In this document: positions 20,102-31,300 of the stretch, piece after piece
Numbering within the stretch: position 1 is the first letter of the stretch
Layout of the letters: each line of letters starts with the position of its first letter
NCBI GenBank assembly: GCA_900128585.1
Contig: LT642161.1
Span: forward strand, 1 to 52,008
From: Stramenopiles sp. TOSAG23-3
Taxonomy: Eukaryota
Length of the DNA: 52,008 nucleotides
Reading direction: 5' to 3'
Made by a program: the position numbers and the translations under genes
Notes under the pieces: generated by a model
Told to the model about the DNA's origin: nothing
The model's input: only the letters and a program-made list of their open reading frames with translations
The model's database searches: none

Positions 20102-21966
20102 TAAATTGTTGAAACGACAACCCGATTGTGATTGATTCGTCAAATTTCGAAAGGGAACGTTATTCGTTCCAAATATTTTTATTTATATATCATTAGTTTT
20201 TTAAACTATTAATTGTTTTGCTGAAAAAATTATTATTTTATTTTTTTGTTTTTTGTTCTTCTACAGTATCTGTTTTTTTAAATACCGAAGCACCTATTAT
20301 TCATGAATAGATATACAGTAGAAAGACTAAGTAAACAGCAAATAAAGAAACTCACATCCCAGAGTCACTTGGAATAATGAATATAATTCGTACCAGTACA
20401 CTAGTACAGGGAACAGCAGTGGTTTCTTTTTTTCACTGTTGTGCCTGTACTACTATTGTCCCTTGTTGGATCTCCCTATATACATTAATTTATATTATAA
20501 GTTAGTATACTATTTAAATTCGAAGATATTACTCTGTTGTTGTTGTTGATTCTCAATGCTTTTCTTTCCTTTCTCAATGCTATTCTTAGTCTATGTTCAT
20601 AGAATGTATTTCTAGTTTAGTTATGTTTTTGTTACATTCCATAACATTGAATAGCACCCATTTGGCTCAACTGGTTTCCAATCACCCATTCCACCCAAAA
20701 GCCTAGCTCTGGATCGATCTTTTTAAAATAAACCATTAGAGCAAGCAATCCAATAAGAATCAAAAAAGACTTGGTTGTATTGATAGGTAGGATATATGTA
20801 TAATTAAATAGAAATAAGATGTATTCTATATACAAATACAGGATGATACGATAAAGTATAAAGTATTTAATATTTCATTTTCCTCCCACTCGAACCATCA
20901 ACTCTCCTCCAACCAAAAAAACAAAATGGAACGAAGACAAAACAAAAAAAACAAAAGAAACAACAACAACACTTTCTAATCCACTATATAATTCTGTTTA
21001 ACAAAGACGACTCTACCTCCTCCCTCTTTTAATAGCTTATAACCAAAAAACAAAACGAAGGAGCGCGAAGAAAAAGATAAATTTTAATAGAAAATTATAT
21101 CTGTATCTGTACATCTGTACCGTACAATTTAATAATTATAATAGTTTGAAGAAGGAAGGGAAAAAGTCCTTTGCTTTGTTGTGCTTTTGTGCATGCAAAG
21201 CTTTCTTTTTTGTTTTGTATTGATTTGTTCGAATAGTTTGTTGTGTGTGTGTGCGCTTCTTGTTATTTGTTTGGTTGCTTTTATTTCGTCGATCGATCGT
21301 CCTTTTATTTTTTTGCCTCTTCTTCTTCTTCTTCCCTGTTTTCAAAAAACTTTTTTCTTCCAATAAAATTAACATAAAGATAGGCAGAAACTACTACTTC
21401 ATTCCTTCCTTCCTTCCTTCCTTCGTTCCTCCTTTTTTTTTTACTTTACTTTACTTACTACAGGACCACAGGACTCTCTCTCTCCACCTACTTACTTATA
21501 ACTATATATAATAATACTAAAATCTATTAATACATACCGTACTTGTATATTATATTTAAATTATAATATCGACCTATTTAAACTACTACTACCCACTACA
21601 CCATCCTCCTCAAATGGGAAATAAATAATAATAATTTGGATTCAATATTTATAGAAGAATTAAAAAATAGGCGGAAAAAAATGCTAAGCGAGAATAAGAT
21701 AAATAATACTGAATTAAACAATATTAGGAATAATATTATATAATATTAATACCTATTATATATATACGTATAATGTATTTAACATTATTTAAGGAAAGTC
21801 GTAGACTTTTTCCCAATGGACCTTTCATGCAAGCGTGTGTTGTATTTTTGAAGCTAAAGCTCACCACAGAATGAAAGAAAGGAAGGGGAAGAAGGAAGAA
21901 AGAAGCATTTTATATTAACTACTACGGTACTATTACACGTTACTATTGTTCAAAATACACTTTAGT

Positions 21967-22281
21967 TTAGTTGTAAAAATATAAACTAAAAAATGTCATT
22001 ACTATATACTCTACTTTACACAATGAAGAAAGGGTGGGGGCATTCTTTCTTTCCTTGTTTATAAATAAAAGATACGTATTGCCCAGTTTTTGTCTACCCG
22101 AGTTCTTTACAAGTTTTTGTGTCACCCATATTTCCTTTTCCAGGGTTTCATCTGGCGCTTCAAACGCCCGACAGACAGTTACCCGGTAGACTGCTGCACG
22201 CACCACCGAGCTCGAAACGCGGAACGCCACGGGCTGCTGCCTTACTCCAGACGCTCGCAACGACAAAAAGGAAACGCTCAT
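21967..22281 (-). pseudogene. Probable 5' fragment of a divergently transcribed gene that runs out into AT-rich sequence
   Basis: GC-balanced MSVSFLSLRASGVRQQPVAFRVSSSVVRAAVYRVTVCRAF... (S/R/V/A-rich, presequence-like) lies head-to-head 115 bp from the 22397 gene; coding character is lost below about 22080. Confidence 0.35.
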
Positions 22282-22396
22282 TTCCAACGGCTCAGAACTC
22301 TTGCACACCAAGACACCCACTTCGCCCTTCCCTCGCCCATATATATATTGAATTCAACCGGCCACGCGCGGTAACTATCAGAACATAGTCGCCCGT

Positions 22397-25300
22397 ATGC
22401 CGCCGAAAAGCACGAAAATGCCACTTCCGTCCGCGGGAGGCGCGGCGCCGAAAAGCACAAAAAGGCCACTCCCGTCCGAGGGAAGTGCCGGCGCACCGCA
22501 ACCACCGAATGCCCCGTCGTCGAAGAAGAAGAAGAAGAAACAGACCACCCCGAAAAACACTGCCAAGGGAAACAAGCGACCGCGCGTCGACAGCGAGGAA
22601 GCAGCCAGGCGGGCCATGGCCACCATGCGCGAGAAGGTCAAGAAGGCGACGGAGGGCGCCATTGACATTGTCGACAAGGGGTTTACGTGTCTAATTGTCC
22701 CTCGCCCGAGCGGGGGGCGCGACCTGTACTTTGTCACACCGGACGGGAAGAAGCATAAGAATTGCCGGGACATTTTGAAACGGTTTAAGGTGGAATTCGA
22801 CATGACCAAATCCGCAGAGGAGTGCTGGAAGGAAGCGAAGCTTGTGAAGGGCATCGATAAGTTCAGCATCAAAAAAAATAATGAGGGAAAACGGTGCCAA
22901 ATTAAAGGCATCGATTTCTTTTCAGGTTCTGAGGCATTTGGCGCTGTTCCGAACGTGGTGGTAATTGAACTGGGAGATATCCTTACGAATCAATTAGTTA
23001 ATGACCCCGCATACCACACGGAGAAGACGCTTTACCCGAATGGCTACGAGACCCAATGCTTCTTCTGGAGCTATTTTGGCGCGAGGGATAACATGCTAGA
23101 ATATAGGAACAAAGTCACTCTCGGGACCAACGGGCCGGTCTTCCAAGTATGGGCTTCCCCTCCCGATCCTGACCTCTCGGGAGACCATGCGAAGAAAATC
23201 CTGGCGGAGGGAGCAAGCCCCGGAGAGGCGTGGGTGAAAGTGTTTGATATGGTCAACGGTGGCCGTGGGCCGGGAAACTATTTGTACTTTACCGATCCAT
23301 TCAAGGGCGTGCTGGGTAATTTCTTCTTCGGGTTGTCCCACCCGGAGGTCCTCCAATTGTTCGAGGGGAGACTGGAGGGGATATTGGGCTGCAAGTCTTA
23401 CAAGTTTCTGCAACAGCGCGTCGGGGGCTTGCAAAAGCAAGCCCAAGAGTGGTACAAATTCGAGCGGCAGCTCACGCAGGCCCTTGGCAAGGCGAGGAAA
23501 GAGGCCACGAAGAAGAACGAGAGTTTCAGGGCCGCCGAAGCAAAGAAAATTGCCAGGGGGAAGGCAAAGAAGGAGAAACTTCTTGCAAAGCACAGGAATG
23601 CGGAAGAGCGGGAGGCTGCTAAGTTGCAAAGGCTGGCGGAAAAAGAGGAGGAACGCCGAAAGAAGCTCAAAGCCGAAGAGGAAAAAAAGGCTGAAAAGTT
23701 GAGGCTGAAGCAGGAAGAAGCAGAGAAAAAGCAGCTGGCCAAAGAGGAGAGAGCCGCCAAAGCCAAGTTGACAAAAGCGAAGAAAGCTGAGGAATTGCTG
23801 AGAAAGAAGAAAGAGCAAGCCTTGAAAGCCGCGTTGCAGAAGAAGCAAAAGGCTGAACGGTTAATGCGAATAGCAAAGGAAAAAGAGGAGCGCAAAGCCA
23901 AAAGCAAGATGGTCAAGCTGGTCGACAAATCTGCCCCGCCGAGGTCTCGTGGGGGCCGCGCCAGAGGTGGCGCAGGGTCAAAGGGTCGCAAAATCAACAA
24001 TAAAATTCAGTCCTCGGAGCGTAGCGAATTTTTCAAAGCGATGAAAGAGGTTTACAAGCGTACCAATGCAAACAAAAAGGCGGCGAGGGACCAGGCCGTT
24101 GCGCTGAAACGGGAGCAGTACGAGCTGAGCCTTCGCCAGCAAACAGTGGCGTGCAAACAGGAAAAGCAGCGACTGTACAGCGTGAAGTCGCTAATAAAGG
24201 CCTCGAGCAAAATGGCCGACTCGTACCACAAGGAGCAGGCCCGGCAGATTCGCGATACTATCAAAGACAAATTTTTGGAGCAGGTGAACGGCGTCAGTAC
24301 GGATGGGGGGAAACGCGACATTTCTTTTGAAGGCTCGTATGGGATAGAGCATTTGGCAGAGGAACATTTTACTGCCGAGGAGCCGATTACACCGGGCGAG
24401 ACCGTCTTCCCTTTCCCAGAAGCCAGCGTTGGGAAGATGGTGGGAAACGGGCTGGAAGATCACGCGCTGTCGGCATGGCATTTTTTGTCTCAATTTGGGG
24501 ACGTTTTGGGCATATTTCCACGGACGAAATTGGTAGTCCCCAGAGAAGATTCCTCCTCCGATGAGTCGTCCGAAGAAGAGGAAGATGGTGACAAAGGCGA
24601 GGACGGCCAAGGCAGTGCCAAGGGGCCTGCTGTACCAGAAAAGCCGAAGTCACCGGTTAAGCGAAGAAGTTCTTCGCGTCTTCAAAGCATTGCCCCCGGC
24701 GCAAAGATGGAGGTCAAAGGCGACGACGGACAAAACCCAAAGAGCCCCGGTGTAGACCAGGACATGGATGGCTCCGGTACCGAAAGCGACGATTCGGGTG
24801 ACGAGGAAGACGACGACGAGGCAGAAGAGGAAAAAATCATGCGGACAATTGAGGATTTGGAAGAGGCCTTGGACAGCAGCGACAGCGAATACGAAGACCA
24901 AGCAGACGTTAACAACGACCCAGCGCTGGATGTCCATGCGTCGAGCGGATTTTTGTCCAAAAAGCCAAAGTTGGAGCGTCTGTCACTGGAGCACCTGTGC
25001 ACCGTTTTGCACGACCCGTCGGCGGCAATCGAAGAAGATCGGGCGTGGATAGACACGCTGCACACCAGAATACTAAGGGCGTTGCTCCAGCACTTGTGCG
25101 AAGATACAGAATATAGGTTTACGTACGAAGATGCGACGTTAGACAAAAAATTCGAGGTGCTCCGCCGGTCATGCAACATCTTGACATGGCCCGAAATTCT
25201 TCGGCAGTATCTCTTCTTGCAGGCGGCTTGCTTAAGATTTACAGCAAAGGACAACCAAAAGTTTTACAGCTGGGGGGGTGGGGTTAAGAACAACTTCGAA

Positions 25301-28300
25301 GTTGCGCCTGGAAAACGCCATTCGGCAGCACTTCTCTTCAGACCAAATACTCCGAAGAATGTCGTGCCGGCGGACGAACTTACCATTCAAGCGTTGCGGA
25401 AACAATTGGCAGGACCTCTGGATGGCGCAGAAAATGTTGATGTGCCAGAGTTTGAGGAAGAGGAGGAGGAAGAAGAAGAATACGGACAAGCAAGCGCAAT
25501 TGGGTGTGCAAAGTATTTGTCAAACCAAGGTCGCAGCATGGGCTGGTGCGACCGTCGCGCGGAGCAAGAAGTGCATGGGGTAGAGGCTGGGGACATCGAT
25601 TTTACAATTAAATTGCCTCAGTGGGCCAAGGTTATCATGGAAACCCCGAAATGTTCTGAGAAAAAAGGCCATGCTGTTGTGAGGCGGTCTATTGAGAAAG
25701 CCATCAAAAAACTTAACGATGTTCATCCATCCGCAAGAGACTTTACCTTCATGCAAGCGTTGACGCGCGCGCTCGCCCTTCTTGATGGGGCCGACCCAGG
25801 GTCCTGGAAAATATCCAAACGGGTGGCAGTCGACACAGTTTTTACATTTTGCGCGGAAGAATCGATCTTTAATGAGGCAGAGTTACGATACTCCGATGAC
25901 GAATCTGCTGCTTCCATCAATATGCCCTGCGCATCTGTCATTGCTTACCACCGGGACCGTGTCCATAGACTTAACGATGTCTCGAAAAAGTGCTACGCAG
26001 TGTTAATGCGGCTCTTCTTTTTTGGGAGAACACAGAAAACAAGCATCCAAGAGTTTTGCGTGCCCGTGCTGGCGCGTGACTACAAGAAGTTCGTGGTGCG
26101 GCCACTTGATTTGCGGATTATATACGACCGGGTCATGGTTTCGGGATACCAGTCAGAGATCGAGTTCAAAAATGATGTCCATTTAGTGTGGACAAATTGC
26201 CGTGCCTACTGCAGCGATCGATACCCCGAGATGGTAGTCTTAATGGAAAAAAATGCCGACTTGTTTGAGAGGCAGTTTACTGCAGTCTTCAATGGCCGGG
26301 GATCGCCGTGGAACGACTGGTACGGCTTGCCGCATTGGTACGGGTGTTATTTTAACGAGAAACAAGAAAATGTCGATCAATCATTGTGTCACGTTAGCGC
26401 GCGCGCTGCGTCTTCAAAGAACAGACTGATTGTGTGCGATCGCTGCGAGAGCGCGTTTCACCTTCATTCTCTGGAACCCAAGTTAGAGACAGTTCCCCGT
26501 GGCGAGTGGCATTGCCCGTACTGCGAAACAAGCACTTTGGTCAAAGAATTAGCGCACCTACCGAGGTGCACCAAACTCAAACGAAAGAGTACGACAATGA
26601 CCGTGACGTTAAGAAAAGCCAGGGCGGGAAGGTACGTAAAGAAGCAAATTTCTCGGTCCATGGTAGGGTACGCAGAACCATTTGTTGGCGAAATTAAATC
26701 GTGGGCCCCCTCGGTAGGGTTCAAGGTTGATTATGGCGATGCAGAAGGGTTTGAGCTGATGTCGTGGGAAGAGCTGTATGTTGTGCTAAGCGCCATGGAG
26801 GTGGAGATGGATGCGAAATTCATAGCGGAAGTGGACAGGGAGGCAGACAAGCCGCTGAAGGAGGAAGAGGCTAAACCGAAAGTGGACGTGCCTCAAATGC
26901 ATGGGAAACAGGCTATCTTCCCTCACGTAGGCTTACCGGTGATTTTACAAGATGGTCGCATTGGCGTCGTTCAGGGGGCAAACACCGAAGGCGTTCTGGT
27001 GACCCAGGGCGAAACTTTGAGTACAATAAGCCACGGAGAGTTTGAATCAATTCTGGCCAGTATTGAAGGAGAAAAATCCCCTTTTGCCCAGAAAGGCCCC
27101 CGCGCGTCAAAATTGATCAACTTGGACATCGGATCATCCCCGACTACCGACTTGGTAATGTCTGGGAAACTGGTTTGGGCCCGCATAAGCAAAAAAAAAC
27201 CGTATTGGCCCGGGGAACTCGTCAAGCAGGAAAGTTCGCGGTCAAGAAAGCACACGGTGTACTTCTTTGGCGACGACAAATGGGCAAAAGTCAACAAAAG
27301 GTCTACTTTTGTAAAGCCCTACCTAGGTCAACCTGGAGAAATAGATGCGATACTTAGCAAATTTCACATTCGAAAATCTGGCGTCATGTGGAAAACGCTG
27401 ATGAAAGGAATAGAAATGTTTAAAGCTAGGGCAGAGCACATTGCTGGTGGGAAAGACAAACCGGAAGATGAGGAGGACGAGGAAGACGAGGAGGACGAGG
27501 AGGACGAGGACGAGGATGAGGACGAGGACGACGAGAATGAAGAGGACGAGGATGAGGACGAGGACGACGAGGACGAGGATGCCTCAGAGCAAGCGGAAGA
27601 AGACGCATTTTTAAGTGGTGGCCAGGGAACCCGAAAGTGGTGCTGGAACATTGCTTCTAGGCTGTCGCGGAACGAATACGAAAGCTTGAAGCCTGGAGAA
27701 CGATTTCAAATCCTTCATTTCTTGTGCGACTGTGCTGCTGGTCTAGAGCAATTTCGGGATGTTGTCGACGAACGCCAAAAAGAATACAGGACCCATCATA
27801 AAGAACTTACAGATCGTGGGAAAGAGATCAAGCAACCAAACGGCGGGTATATTCCGCAACGCCAGCGGAAAATCAAAGGCGCCTTCATTAAGCGGCTGTT
27901 TCAAAAGAAAGAGAGCGAGAAGAGTGATGACAAGGAACCGTCTGCCGATGCCACGATGGCAAGTGCGGGCCAGCCAGGTTTAACGGGCCAACAAATTTCA
28001 GGTTCAGGCACGGGTGCAAACGCAGTGGAACAGAAATCCGATGGGAAAGAAGCCGTTGGCAGCGATGCTAAACCGGAGCCTGTTGTATTCGAAAAAGTCC
28101 CAAACATTATATTCCACGAAATAACTCAAAAATGGTATTCCTCTTATGATGAAGGGCCGGTCAACCATATGGTCGGGCTTTTTGACACAGAAGAGGAAGC
28201 CAGGGAGGCTTGCAGAGCATTCTTGTCTCTCAAGCCAGAAGAATCTTTGCTTGCCGCGGCCAAAAAGAGCATGAGCGATGTTTCTCCAACCCCGCCAGCA

Positions 28301-31300
28301 TTTCGAGCAGGGCAACATGCCCAAATGGTCCCCATTCAGAGAAGCAGAATGAATAACAAAACAGATAAACGCGTCGGCATCACCAGCGACACGGACCCAG
28401 AATTAAAATACCCGCGGTCGACATTGAGGTCAATCGTTGCGCCGTTAGCGGCACTAATGGTCGAACACGCCGAAGAAATGCTGCACAAGCAGAACAAAGA
28501 AAAAGATGTAGCGGAACCTTACCAGTTTATGTTGCATGACTGGAAAAACAGCGGAGCAATGGAAGAAAAAATGTACAAAGTGATAGGCTCGTTCGGGATT
28601 CGAAAGGGCTATGATATCATGTATGCGCTTTCCCCCATGGGTGTCACTGCGCGGGTTGAAATTGAAAATCGCTCGCAAAAACACATTCCATTGTTTCGTT
28701 GGTACGGCTTGGACAAAATAGGACCTATAGTTGCAGCACTTCGAAAAGAAGCCATTGATGGAGTCGAGAGGGCGAACTCCTTAGTTTTGCCACCGTTAGA
28801 AAAGATCAACGTCGAGACGATTGCCACCGAGCTGCTCCGCATGTTCGTAAGTTTGGCAGTAGCACAAAAAGAGCGTTGCGAATGGAAAGATGCAGTTGCC
28901 TACGTGGGCCGAGGCTCAAAGCAACTATCAGACAACGCGTCGCGTCGTATAAACGATATAATGCATGTGTGGAAGGCATTAGGGTTACTGCGGCACATGC
29001 CTGGTAGAAACAGATGGTCCGATGGGATTCTTTTGAATTTGGACTGTTTTGCTGGTGGCGAGGCCTGTACTAACTTGTACACCGATTCCGTAAAGCAAGT
29101 AACGACAAAGATGAGGAGTCGTGCTCCGGTTCAGCCTCTCCTTTCCCCTGTCGTTCTCCCTCGTGCAGCTATGCCCGTTTCAAGTGCCTCCCCTGCACAG
29201 AGTAATGGACAGACGGCAACGTCACAAACACCTGTGAAAAGCCCTGGAGATGACCAGGGAAACTCGGCGCCAAGTGCTGCTTGTACACCTGGCAGCGCAA
29301 TTGTACCCAGCGGACACGTATCACCCGAAAACATGTCTTTTTCATCACTACAAGTATTTTTCATCACTGCTCTGAACGCGCCAGCAGCCAGCGGGAAATT
29401 AGTGCCGAAACGTGTACCAACCAATAGCGACCTATGGCCAAACACGACTCATTTAGACGCACGGGATTTTAAGCACCACACGACGTGCGATAAATCGATA
29501 GAAGAGTATGAGACCGAAAAGAAGAAGAATGACGCCGCAAGAAAAATGTTGGAAGAAGAAGAATCAAAACTCTTCGACAAACGGACCCCGCCAGCAGGGC
29601 ACGAAGCTCCTGCTCGGTCTTGCGTTACATGCAGCCGGTGCTCGCAAGTGCATTTTAATGTCCAGAGCGATGTAATTCAATGCATGTCCTGCTCAACCTT
29701 TATATGGTGTGGACAAGAGGAGGGAGTTTCTCGTATTCAGCAAATTGGGGGCCGAGGGAAATCCGCCAATGGGGATGTTTCTGCCTCAGAATTAGATTGT
29801 CGGTTCTGTTCTCAAAAGCTCATGTTGCCTTTTGAAGTTTTGAGAAAAAGAAAAACATCAGCGGGCATGTATTGTGTCCAAGTAAAAACTTCGCCGCAAT
29901 TGTTTAGGCCCTGGGGCGGGCCGGACACACTGAAATGCGGCGGGATGTTTCGCTGTTATAGGTGCAAATCAATCCATTGCATTGCCGTCGAGTACATAGA
30001 GGGCAGCGAAAAAGCGATTACGCAATCAACGCCAGGTAAGAAAGTAGAAAAAGACAACGGCAGTGCCACAGAAAGCGAAACGGAAAGCGAAGGGGAGGGA
30101 ATTGATGCCCAGGCAGACCCAAACAAAGCCCCGGCTGAAGGGGCTTTTACCGTCAAAATCGTTGTCAAAGGGGTAATTCCATGCATGGACATGATTTATG
30201 CAAAATCGTGCGAAAATTTAAAGAATACATCGCTGCCACTAGTTTCTGGATCACACAAATACACCAGCTGGGGAGTTTTACCACAAAACCCAGAGAAGTT
30301 GGCTAAATACCACGCCGAGCATTATTTGTATCCCATTGGGTTCAAGAGTCATCGTGAGTACTGGGACGTTGCCGCCCCGGCTGAAAAATGTGTATATGTG
30401 TCAGCGATTGAGGATGGGGGTATGGAGGGGCCATTATACACAGTCACGAAGTTGGCCGACCCCAGTATACGGTTTCAGAACAACACCCCGTCGGGGGTAT
30501 GGAAGAATTTGCTGGAAGCGATTTCAGAAGCAAAAGCCAAGCGTGGCCAAGAGTCGACGAACAGCGGGACTGCAATTTCTGGGCCCGATATGTTCGGTCT
30601 GTCCAAAGCGGACGCGTACAATGTTATGCAAGGGCTTCCGGGGGCAAACAAATGCCGGGCATACCAATTTCGGGGAGTAATGGCATTCTTTGCCCTCCAA
30701 AATACCGATCAGTCAGATGTAGAGAATTTCATGGAAAGTTTTATGAATTCGAACAACGAAGCGGAAGATTTTCGAAAGATCCACAAAGGCTTCGGTAGAA
30801 AACTTGGACAAATTAACCGATTGAAAAATGAATTAGTGAATGTTCGAAAGGGTTTACGGGCCATGATGAGAGAGCAAGAAGAAAAGGTGCGCCGCCTTCA
30901 GATGAGGCGGGATATTCTCCGAATTCAGTACGCGAAGAAGTACGAAGATAAGCTGAGCGTTCAAGAGGAAAAGAAAAGCAAAGAGAGCAAGCACGAGCTT
31001 CGAGCCAAGATCAGGAAAGAGTGTGCCGATTTGTTCGACCTGCAGACATTTTACATCCGTTCTATGTTGGTTCGGAAGGACACAGGCATCAATTGTTTTC
31101 TTGGCACCGACCGGCTTGGAAGTCGTTACTACGTCCTTGGGGGGAGCTGTGCGCGCCTGTTTATCGAGACAAAGGAAAATCGGGAGAACTTTTTGATTTC
31201 TAAACCGTCAGAGATCGAAGACATTATGGATTTCTTGGAGCCCACAGGAGTAAACGAAGGCCCCTTGCTCAAAGAGATATGGCGGCTGAAGACGCTCCTG

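Noticed and set aside
23096..24000. 200-250-aa minus-strand ORFs within the giant gene
   Set aside because: Antisense of the Lys/Glu/Ala coiled-coil region, which is naturally poor in reverse-strand stops.
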